From Spirochaetales bacterium (lineage in GTDB: Bacteria; Spirochaetota; Spirochaetia; SZUA-6; RPPD01), in contig JAFGSW010000101.1 of assembly GCA_016934415.1 (NCBI GenBank), forward strand, positions 204 to 64,203: 64,000 nt of DNA. Reading direction: 5' to 3'. A model generated the notes under the pieces. That model saw only the letters and a list, made by a program, of their open reading frames with translations. It searched no databases and was not told the origin of the DNA. Each line of letters opens with the position of its first letter. Position 1 is the first letter of the stretch. The position numbers and the translations under genes are program-made. This document shows, piece after piece, positions 53,809-61,452 of the stretch.

Positions 53809-55536
53809 GTGAAGATCGATAAACCGGAACTGATACTCTCCCTCACGCGCTCCCTTTTCGGGATCGGCGTCACGGCTGTCATTTTCTCGGCGCTCGTCGG
53901 CCTCCTTTCCGCGGCCGCTTTTTTCCAGCTCAAGCTTCGCGATCCGCTCGCCAGCCCCGCGCTCGTCGTGTTGTATGAACGCCTGCGCGAAAATCCCGAG
54001 GACCGGGCGATCAAGGACGAGATCCGCGACCTCGACCTCCTGGCCCGCCGGGCCTATTTCGCGAGCCGCGGCCAGGTGACCTCGGGCGGGATTCTCGTGT
54101 TCGCCGGGACGGCGGTCTTCGTCCTGTCCTTCGCCGCGCGTGAGGCGCTGCGCCGGAAACTTCCGGCCTCACCCCGGGGCAAGCCGCAGCCCGCCCTCCC
54201 GGCCGTCCGCCTCCGGGCCAGGGTCCTGGTGGCGGCCGGCGGGATCGCGCTTCTCGCCGGCGCTTTCCTCCTCGTGTTCGCGGTCGCGCCGTTCATGGAC
54301 TCCTTCCGGATGGCCGCGGCCGTTCCTGAAAAGCCCGCCGCGAACGGCGCGCCGCCCGAATCCGCTTCCCCCGCGAGCGCCGCCCCGGCCGCGCCGGTCG
54401 AAGCAGCCTGGCCCAACTACCGCGGGCCCGGCGGCCGTCTCATTGCGCCTCCCGGCGAATACCCGACCGCCTGGAACGGCGCAACCGGCGAAGGAATCGT
54501 GTGGCAGGCGAAGCCGAGGCTGCCCGGGAACAATTCTCCCGTGGTATTCGGCGGTCGGGTCTTCGTGTCCGGCGCGGACAAGACCGGCGCCGAAATCTAC
54601 GGCTACGACGCGGCCGAGGGGAAGCTTCTCTTCACCGCCAGGGTCGCCTTCAGCCCCGCGGGGCGCGCGGCCAAGGTCGACGAAAAATACGTCGGCTACG
54701 CGGCGCCCACCCTCGCCGCCGACGGCCGGTACGTGGCCGGGATTTTCGCGGGCGGGGACGTCGTCTGTCTCGACCATGACGGGAAAATCCTCTGGCAAAA
54801 AAACCTGGGCACGCCGCTGCTCAATTACGGGTACGCCTCGTCGCCCATCGTCTGGAACGGTCTTCTCATCGTCCAACTCGACTGGGAAAGTTCGCCCCGG
54901 TTGCTCGCCCTGGACCTCGCCTCGGGAGAGCCGCGCTGGGAAACGAAGCAGGACGTGTTTTCCTCCTGGGCCTCGCCGGTCGTGGGAGAGAGCAGGGGCA
55001 AACCGGCGGTGTTCGTCTCGACCAACCCGTACGTCGCGGCGTACGACGCCGCCACCGGCGCCGAGCTCTGGAGCGCGGACGTCATGACCGGCGAGATCGG
55101 CTCGTCGCCGGCCTTCGCCGACGGCGTCGTTTTCGCCGGCAACGAGACGGCCGTGCTCGCGGCCTTTACAGCCGACGATGGGAAACAACTCTGGGAGTAC
55201 TACGAGGACCTCCCGAGCGTCGCGAGCCCGGCCGTGAAGGACGGCCTGCTTTTCATGGCCTCGGCCGCCGGTGCGGTCACCTGCGTGGATGCCGCGACGG
55301 GGAAAGCCGTCTGGCGTGAGGAATTCACTGACGGCTTCTATTCATCCCCCGTCATTGCGGGAGACAAGCTCTACCTCACCGACCGCGAAGGGGTCACGCA
55401 CATCCTCGGCGCGGCACGCGCCTACGCGCCCGTCACCGCGTGCTCCTTGGGCGAGCCGGTCGACGCCACTCCCGCCTTCGCGGACAACCGGATCTACATC
55501 CGGGGCAAGACGAACCTGTATTGCGTGGGGAAATGA
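53809..55536 (+). CDS. Membrane-anchored PQQ-like (BamB-type) beta-propeller repeat protein
   Basis: GTG follows AGAGGAG. Three N-terminal TM helices. Repeated G.V....DG.L.A.DA.TGK..W blades. Confidence 0.8.
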   Translation: MKIDKPELILSLTRSLFGIGVTAVIFSALVGLLSAAAFFQLKLRDPLASPALVVLYERLRENPEDRAIKDEIRDLDLLARRAYFASRGQVTSGGILVFAGTAVFVLSFAAREALRRKLPASPRGKPQPALPAVRLRARVLVAAGGIALLAGAFLLVFAVAPFMDSFRMAAAVPEKPAANGAPPESASPASAAPAAPVEAAWPNYRGPGGRLIAPPGEYPTAWNGATGEGIVWQAKPRLPGNNSPVVFGGRVFVSGADKTGAEIYGYDAAEGKLLFTARVAFSPAGRAAKVDEKYVGYAAPTLAADGRYVAGIFAGGDVVCLDHDGKILWQKNLGTPLLNYGYASSPIVWNGLLIVQLDWESSPRLLALDLASGEPRWETKQDVFSSWASPVVGESRGKPAVFVSTNPYVAAYDAATGAELWSADVMTGEIGSSPAFADGVVFAGNETAVLAAFTADDGKQLWEYYEDLPSVASPAVKDGLLFMASAAGAVTCVDAATGKAVWREEFTDGFYSSPVIAGDKLYLTDREGVTHILGAARAYAPVTACSLGEPVDATPAFADNRIYIRGKTNLYCVGK

Positions 55537-55566
55537 AACTATGGATGACGCGGATGAGAGAGAACC

Positions 55567-55602
55567 ACGGATGGCACGGATAAGACGGATGGCACGGATG
55601 GG
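55567..55602 (+). repeat. Tandem 18-mer (ACGGATGGCACGGATRRG x2) of the ATCCGT/ACGGAT family
   Basis: Two adjacent units. Related CATCCGY strings occur at 20497-20535, 23861-23871, 26711-26725, 29362-29390 and 50035-50060. Confidence 0.6.
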
Positions 55603-55656
55603 GAAAGAAGGGAAGGGGGTTGAGAAAAATCGATAAGGAATGCAATTACGAGCAAG

Positions 55657-56148
55657 CTAAATCGAATTCCGCTCGATGTATTTTTTAATCGCCCCAATAT
55701 CTTTCCACTGGTGTCGCCCGCCGAGCAGTTTTTTATACGCGAATAAATCCTCCGGTGCGACGACGGACACCTCGATTCCATATACCCGAAGGATCCGGGC
55801 CGTTTCCAGCCGCGCCGGGAATGGTATCCACTTGTCCTTTTTTTGATCATAGATTTTTGTTTCGAACGCGCCGCCCAGGTCGATTTCTTGACCGTGGTAG
55901 TTGAGGGTGACAAGCGAAAGATCCCACTTCTCGTCCCTGTAGCGGCCGGGACCGAACGTGATATAACGCCGGATGTCCGGCAGGAGAGAATCGATTTTTT
56001 CCTCGGGTACGTCGATATCGATATCATTTACGGGACGAGTCGCCCCGTACAGATGGGCGGCGAGCCCTCCTGTGATCTGGAAGGGGATCGTGCGCTCATG
56101 AAGAATGGAGACGATCCATTTTAGGGCGGATTCCAACTTTTCGTTCAT
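55657..56148 (-). CDS. Pol-beta-superfamily nucleotidyltransferase (ANT(2'')/Lnu-like fold)
   Basis: ITGGLAAHLYGATRPVNDIDIDV matches the GG..A...G...R...DIDL nucleotidyltransferase motif. ATGA overlap with the upstream gene. Confidence 0.65.
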   Translation of the reverse strand: MNEKLESALKWIVSILHERTIPFQITGGLAAHLYGATRPVNDIDIDVPEEKIDSLLPDIRRYITFGPGRYRDEKWDLSLVTLNYHGQEIDLGGAFETKIYDQKKDKWIPFPARLETARILRVYGIEVSVVAPEDLFAYKKLLGGRHQWKDIGAIKKYIERNSI

Positions 56149-57152
56149 TCCTTTTCAAGCTTTTCAAACTCCGCCATGATCTCATGATAATAATCGCCGA
56201 TATCGGGACATTCCGATCGGTTTTTCTCGTAGGTGTCCAATTTTCGAACAATTCCGTCCACGTAGACGAATCCTCTTTTTTTGTCTAATGACAATGCCCG
56301 CTCGGCGTGTTCCTTGCCGAAAAACGTTGTTTCCAGCCGGTGGGTGATCGCCCGAATGACGCTTTCATTAATGATGATTGCAGTCCGGGGATAAGCCTGC
56401 CTTATCATCGTCGCGGTGACTTCGACGTTGTAGTGCCTGTCGGGATTTTGTTTCATATACCGGTCGGTCAGTCCATTGATAAACGAATGGAGAAACTCGT
56501 GAATAAACATCCCCGCGATGTGTCCCCTGTCACCGAAATACAACTTGTCGTCCATCACCGGCGTGACTACCGCGAAGGTTTCGACCCGATCTCCTTCGCC
56601 GAAGCGGATACCGTAATTCCCGATGAGCAGCGGCGCGAGAGCCAGGTTGTACCCCGGTTTCGATAAGCCGAGGTATTCTTCCAGGATGGCAATATAATCC
56701 GTGTCCCCGATCAGGCCGGCAACATCCGAAACGATCGCATCATAGGTTGTCTTATTTTCTTTCATAAACGACGCGAATGACGATTCCGTCCGGAACGCCC
56801 GCGCCGCCTCCACCATTTCCGCCAGGTGCTCGGGCTTCTCGCATCGTTCCCGCAGCTCCGCATCGAATTCTTCCGAATAATCCCCCGACCTCATTTGCGG
56901 ACTCAAAAACAACTTTACGGGCGCGTCGTACCCGAACCACTCCGTGCAAGCGGTGATGGTGTCGAACACATCAACGGCGCGGTGATTTTTCCACGGCGAA
57001 AAAAACTCCACCGCCTTTTTATACAGAATATTCCCGCATCCCGGTTCGCCCGGACAGACACAATCGCGAAATCGTTTGTCGTAGGTGGAGAGATGTGACA
57101 GAACGCCCATGAGCTCGAGGTTGTCATCGATGTAAATTTTCAATTTGTTCAT
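56145..57152 (-). CDS. HExxH-motif protein, DUF4932-like
   Basis: MFIHEFLHSFINGL. The family assignment is from memory only. Confidence 0.6.
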   Translation of the reverse strand: MNKLKIYIDDNLELMGVLSHLSTYDKRFRDCVCPGEPGCGNILYKKAVEFFSPWKNHRAVDVFDTITACTEWFGYDAPVKLFLSPQMRSGDYSEEFDAELRERCEKPEHLAEMVEAARAFRTESSFASFMKENKTTYDAIVSDVAGLIGDTDYIAILEEYLGLSKPGYNLALAPLLIGNYGIRFGEGDRVETFAVVTPVMDDKLYFGDRGHIAGMFIHEFLHSFINGLTDRYMKQNPDRHYNVEVTATMIRQAYPRTAIIINESVIRAITHRLETTFFGKEHAERALSLDKKRGFVYVDGIVRKLDTYEKNRSECPDIGDYYHEIMAEFEKLEKE

Positions 57153-57603
57153 CGTCTTTATTCACGTCGCCCCAATAGACTTCGGCATTCCCGTTCCTCA
57201 GCCGCTCCGTGAGCACCTTCGGGTACACACGGGTCCCGGTATTGGAAAGACTTATCCATTCGATACCGTCCTGCCGGTCATCCGGATTTCCCGCCTTCGT
57301 CATGTCCGGCTCGGACTCAAGCTCGCACTCGAACATGAATTCGACCTGGTGAACGTCATGGAATTCCCTGAATTCGTGGTTGCGGGAAATGTATTCCCGG
57401 ACGTAACGGAGTGTGCCGATCTTCACCCGGGCGCCGATCTCCTCAAAGCATTCCCGGTTCAGCGCGCCGGCGAAGGTCTCGTACTTCTCCTGCCCGCCGC
57501 CGGGCAGCAGGTAGAAGAACCCCAGCCTGTCTTTCAATCTGATGCAGAGGAGCTTGTCGTCGCGAATGATGATAGCTTTGACGGAGTTGCGGATGTAGTC
57601 CAT
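57124..57603 (-). CDS. NUDIX hydrolase
   Basis: Nudix box GGGQEKYETFAGALNRECFEEIGA. Overlaps the next gene by 29 nt. Confidence 0.85.
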   Translation of the reverse strand: MDYIRNSVKAIIIRDDKLLCIRLKDRLGFFYLLPGGGQEKYETFAGALNRECFEEIGARVKIGTLRYVREYISRNHEFREFHDVHQVEFMFECELESEPDMTKAGNPDDRQDGIEWISLSNTGTRVYPKVLTERLRNGNAEVYWGDVNKDDEQIENLHR

Positions 57604-57683
57604 GGCACCTCGAAATTTTCAAGCGGTTATCATGAATTGATACGAATAGGCAATTTTATCCATCGTCATTTCCACTTTTTCAA

Positions 57684-57700
57684 TTCGCGCCATACATGTA
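57684..57700 (+). repeat. R-box 17-mer, copy 9
   Basis: TTCGCGCCATACATGTA, followed by a CT-rich gtgtcctctgtgtc arm. Confidence 0.75.
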
Positions 57701-57774
57701 TTCAATCGTCCCTTCTCCCTCTTCTCTGTGTCCTCTGTGTCTCCGTGTCTCTGTGGTTACTGGAAGAGAGGCCC

Positions 57775-59085
57775 TTACGAGAACTCCCCCAGCTTGATCA
57801 TCATGCGCGCGGCCTGGGTGTTGGTCCGGACGAGCTTGCGCGCGATGAGGCGGGAGAGGAACACGCCGTAGTGCGGGTACTGCTTGATGACGGAGATGAA
57901 CGACTTCTTCGAGATCTTGATGAGCTTGCTTTCCTTTTCCGCCCGCACCGTGGCCGAGCGCGTGTTGTTGAGGAGGAAGGACATCTCGCCCATGAAGATG
58001 TCCGCCGGCGTGACGAAGCCGATGTTCTTGTTCTTGTGGAAGACGCTGAAGCGGCCCGAGAGGACGTAGAAGATGTGGTCGCTCTCCTCGCCCTCGGTGA
58101 AGACGATGTCGCCCTTCTTGAAGTGCAGGGGCTCCTCGTGGAGGAAGCCGAGGGGCGCCTGGAAGGGCACATCCTTGTTCTCGATGACGAGGGTGGCCTC
58201 GTTGCCCCTGGCATTGTAGGTGAGTTTCTTGCTCAAGGACCGCGCCATCATGATGCCGCGGCCGTGCAAAGAGTAGAGGTTTTTCTTCTTGAGCCACTCG
58301 TGGTACTTCTGCACGTTGAAGCCCGCGCCCTGGTCGCGGACCTTGAAGGTGGAGACGCTCGGCTGGATCTCGTACTCGAGGATGACGCGCTTGCGCATGA
58401 TCTCGGGGTCGAGGCATTTTTGCGCCACCAGGTCGTTGATGGCGCCGCCGTTCTTGATGTACTCCTGCTTCTCCGTGTAGGAGATGTTGCAGTTGCCGTG
58501 TTCGATGGCGTTGATGAGCAATTCGGTGAGGGCGATGCTGAAATTGATCTTCATCTCCGCGTCGATGTACCCCTTGTTGAACAGCGCGATGGAGAGGATG
58601 TTGGTGTAGCTCGGCACCGAGAGGAGGTCGTTGTCGAGCTCGAACGAGCCGGAGAGCTTCTCCACCAGGGTGGTGGCGATTTCGCGCTGGAAGATGACCT
58701 GGCTGTTGGCCTTGATGATCTTGACGGTTTTGAGGAGCGTCGAGGGGATTTTGCCGTAGTCGAAGAGGTTCAAGAGGTTGGTCATTTTGAGCTTTTCCGC
58801 GAGCTCAATCTCAGACTGGGTCTTTTTGTCGTAAATGCCGATGATCCCGAAGTTGTGGAGCCAGTTGTCGGCGATGATCTGGTTGATGATGTTTTCCAGG
58901 TCGCATGTCTTGTCCGACAGGTTCACGATGACGATCTCGGGGATGTCGAAATTGAGGAACTCCAGGACGTCGTTCGTTTCGCCGTGGGCGGTGACGGTGT
59001 CGCCGCCCTCCGGGTCCCTGGCGAGCTCCTGGAAAATCGTGTCGTTCAATTTCGAATCGGAGGAGATGATGCCGATGACGCTCAT
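57775..59085 (-). CDS. Pseudo-receiver / GHKL anti-sigma-type ATPase (RsbW-like) / cyclic-nucleotide-binding fusion protein
   Basis: ATG 59085. The N-terminal REC-like fold lacks the acidic pocket (ISSDS, IVIVNLSD). N-box ELLINAIEHGN, VRDQGAGF, GRG. C-terminal cNMP motif FMGEMSFLLNNTRSATVRA. Confidence 0.8.
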   Translation of the reverse strand: MSVIGIISSDSKLNDTIFQELARDPEGGDTVTAHGETNDVLEFLNFDIPEIVIVNLSDKTCDLENIINQIIADNWLHNFGIIGIYDKKTQSEIELAEKLKMTNLLNLFDYGKIPSTLLKTVKIIKANSQVIFQREIATTLVEKLSGSFELDNDLLSVPSYTNILSIALFNKGYIDAEMKINFSIALTELLINAIEHGNCNISYTEKQEYIKNGGAINDLVAQKCLDPEIMRKRVILEYEIQPSVSTFKVRDQGAGFNVQKYHEWLKKKNLYSLHGRGIMMARSLSKKLTYNARGNEATLVIENKDVPFQAPLGFLHEEPLHFKKGDIVFTEGEESDHIFYVLSGRFSVFHKNKNIGFVTPADIFMGEMSFLLNNTRSATVRAEKESKLIKISKKSFISVIKQYPHYGVFLSRLIARKLVRTNTQAARMMIKLGEFS

Positions 59086-59336
59086 ATGGTCCCTTCGCGG
59101 GGCGGCCGGACGGGGGAGGCAACGTAATCGTGGACGCGCGCGACGATCTTTTCGTCCGTGGAGTGTGCCGGGATTCATGAAATTTTACGATTTCATCGTA
59201 AAATTTCTTCCTCGCAAACTCCCAAAGGAGCACATCCCTATGCGCTCCCCTGTAAACTCTGCCATTCCTAAGCCGCGGCCGACAGGCTCCTCGCCCAGTG
59301 TGTTCCGCCCGCTATCGCAAAAAAATTTTTAGTACC

Positions 59337-59400
59337 GCCTTTGAAAAACCGAATGCGGTTTTTCAAAAGCTTCCCTGAATGTAAACCAGAAATTGCCGGA
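59337..59400 (+). repeat. H-hairpin repeat copy F with extended arm
   Basis: GCCTTTGAAAAACCG-AATG-CGGTTTTTCAAAAGC plus cttccctgaatgtaaaccagaaattgccgga, which aligns with the reverse complement of copy D. Confidence 0.75.
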
Positions 59401-59482
59401 GCGCTCGCAATTGGTCATTCCTTCATTGAGATTCTCCGCATTGCCGATTGAAGCATTCCTCAACTGATTCGGCAATTTTATG

Positions 59483-59523
59483 ATCGAGAAGGCGAAAAAA
59501 CTCAACTTTTTCGCCTTCTCGAT
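59483..59523. terminator. 17-bp perfect stem-loop downstream of the beta-CASP gene
   Basis: ATCGAGAAGGCGAAAAA, a 7-nt loop, and TTTTTCGCCTTCTCGAT. The A/T runs inside the stem allow action in either direction. Confidence 0.55.
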
Positions 59524-59627
59524 AGACTATAACATATATGCGGTTAGTTTACATCCATTTTTTTCCGGCCGAATTCGATCCCCTTCGCGGGCTTTGCGGC
59601 GCGAAAAATAGCACGTTCGGGCGCATA

Positions 59628-61034
59628 TTACCCGATTTCTATCGTTTCTCCCCGCGCCGGGGCCTCGACCGAGGGAAAGCCGCGCGACGAGAGCTCGTCC
59701 CGGAAGGCGAAGGCCGCCTTTTCCTCGCCGTGGACCACGAAGGTCTGCTTCGGCGGGCGCGCGAAGCGCGCGAGCCAGGCGAGGATCTCTTCGCGGTCGG
59801 CGTGGGCGCTCATGGCGTCGATCCGCTCCACCCGGGCCCGCACCCGGTACTCGACGCCGAAGATCTTCGCCGTTTTCGCGCCGTCGAGGAGCCGGCGGCC
59901 AAGGGTGTGCTCGGCCTGGTAGCCGACGAAGAGCACGGTGTTGCGCTCGTCGCCGATGTTGTGCTTGAGGTGGTGGAGGATGCGGCCGGTTTCGGCCATG
60001 CCCGAGGCGGAGATGATGACGGCCGGGCCCTTGAGGTCATTGAGCGCCATCGACTCCTCCCTGGTGCGGGTGTAGCGCATCCGGGCGAAACCGAAGGGAT
60101 CCTTGCCGCCGCTTGAGGCGGCCAGGGCGTCGGTTTCCGCGTCCCAGGCTTCGGGGTGGAGGCGGTAGACCTCCGTGGCCTCCACGGCGAGGGGGCTGTC
60201 GACGTAGACCGGCAGGGTGTCGGGAAGCTTTTTGTCGAGGATGAAGCGGTGCAGGCCGTAGACGAGCTCCTGGGTGCGGCCCACGGCGAAGGAGGGGACG
60301 ACCACCTTGCCGCCGCACTTCACCGCGTCCGTCACGACGGCGAGGAGCCGCTCTTCGCCGGCTTTTATCTCCTCGTGCGTCCGGTCGCCGTAGGTGCTCT
60401 CGATGATGAGCGCGTCGGCGCCGTCGCACGGTTCCGGGTCGCGGACGATGGGCCGGCCGTTCCGGCCGAGGTCGCCCGAAAAGACGAGGCGGAGCGGCGC
60501 GCCGCTCCCGTTCGCCGCCTCGAGCACGACGAAGGCCGAGCCGAGAATGTGCCCGGCGTCGTGGAAGGAGAGGGTCACGCCCGGGGCTGGCTCAAGCGTC
60601 CGGCCGTAGACGGTGCCGGAGAAACGGCCGCAGGCCGCGAGCGCGTCGCCCGCGTCGTAGAGCGGTTCAATAGGCGGGAGTCCGTCGCGCTCGCGCTTGC
60701 GGTTCAGGTATTCGGCGTCCTGCTCCTGGATGTGGGCGCTGTCGCGCAGCATCACCGCGGCCAGGTCCCCGGTGGCTTCGGTGCAGACGATGTCCCCCTT
60801 GAACCCGCTTTTCACCAGGAACGGGAGGTTGCCGGAATGGTCGATGTGGGCGTGGGAGAGCGCGACCACGTCGACGGACGAGGCGTCGAAGGGCAGATTC
60901 CGGTTGAGCCGGAAGCTCTCGCTCCGCTTCCCCTGGTACAGGCCGCAGTCGAGGAGGATTCTCAAGCCGTTCGTTTCGACCAGATGCTGGGAGCCGGTCA
61001 CGGTCCGCGCCGCTCCGTGGAAGCTGATTTTCAT
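59628..61034 (-). CDS. MBL-fold beta-CASP family nuclease (CPSF/RNase J-like)
   Basis: HAHIDHSG motif. Beta-CASP middle region. C-terminal MSAHAD motif. Confidence 0.9.
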   Translation of the reverse strand: MKISFHGAARTVTGSQHLVETNGLRILLDCGLYQGKRSESFRLNRNLPFDASSVDVVALSHAHIDHSGNLPFLVKSGFKGDIVCTEATGDLAAVMLRDSAHIQEQDAEYLNRKRERDGLPPIEPLYDAGDALAACGRFSGTVYGRTLEPAPGVTLSFHDAGHILGSAFVVLEAANGSGAPLRLVFSGDLGRNGRPIVRDPEPCDGADALIIESTYGDRTHEEIKAGEERLLAVVTDAVKCGGKVVVPSFAVGRTQELVYGLHRFILDKKLPDTLPVYVDSPLAVEATEVYRLHPEAWDAETDALAASSGGKDPFGFARMRYTRTREESMALNDLKGPAVIISASGMAETGRILHHLKHNIGDERNTVLFVGYQAEHTLGRRLLDGAKTAKIFGVEYRVRARVERIDAMSAHADREEILAWLARFARPPKQTFVVHGEEKAAFAFRDELSSRGFPSVEAPARGETIEIG

Positions 61035-61138
61035 GCGCCACTCCTCTCCGTCGCCCCCAAGTATAGCGGCGGCGGCGCGTGTTCCGCAAGAGTCAAACCG
61101 GTTGCGGCGGCGATTCTCGATTTGACCGGATTCCGGAT

Positions 61139-61163
61139 GTCATTCCGAGCGCAGCGAGGAATC
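61139..61163 (+). repeat. Short GTCATTCCGAGCGCAGCGAGGAATC repeat
   Basis: Contains an ATTCC/GGAAT mini-hairpin. Related strings occur at 25279-25300 and inside S-repeat copy 4 (53593-53620). Confidence 0.55.
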
Positions 61164-61452
61164 TCCCGACAACTCATGGTCTCAATGACCCGCGCTGTCG
61201 GGGGACCCTTCGGCCTCGCTCGAAGCAGCGCTGCGGGACGCGTGTCCTCCGGAATTGCTCTCTCCGCTCCGCGAGCCCGGCCGCACCGGGAAGAAAGATG
61301 GAAACCCCGGGAATAATGAACAATACTTTGCATTGAGCCGCGAAAACGTCGTGACGCGAACTTCGCGGTTCCGATACAAACGGCCGCATTCCGCCCGGCG
61401 GGGTAACGGCAGCGGCGGACGGAACGCGCGGCGGAGGAACGAGGCCGATCGC

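Noticed and set aside
57145-59127. 660-aa plus-strand ORF
   Set aside because: It is antisense to the NUDIX and cNMP/GHKL genes and crosses the intergenic R-box. No motifs found.
4311-59400. CRISPR array hypothesis for the palindromic and hairpin repeats
   Set aside because: The copies are kilobases apart, irregularly spaced, in both orientations and separated by genes. No cas genes are present, and there is no repeat-spacer periodicity.
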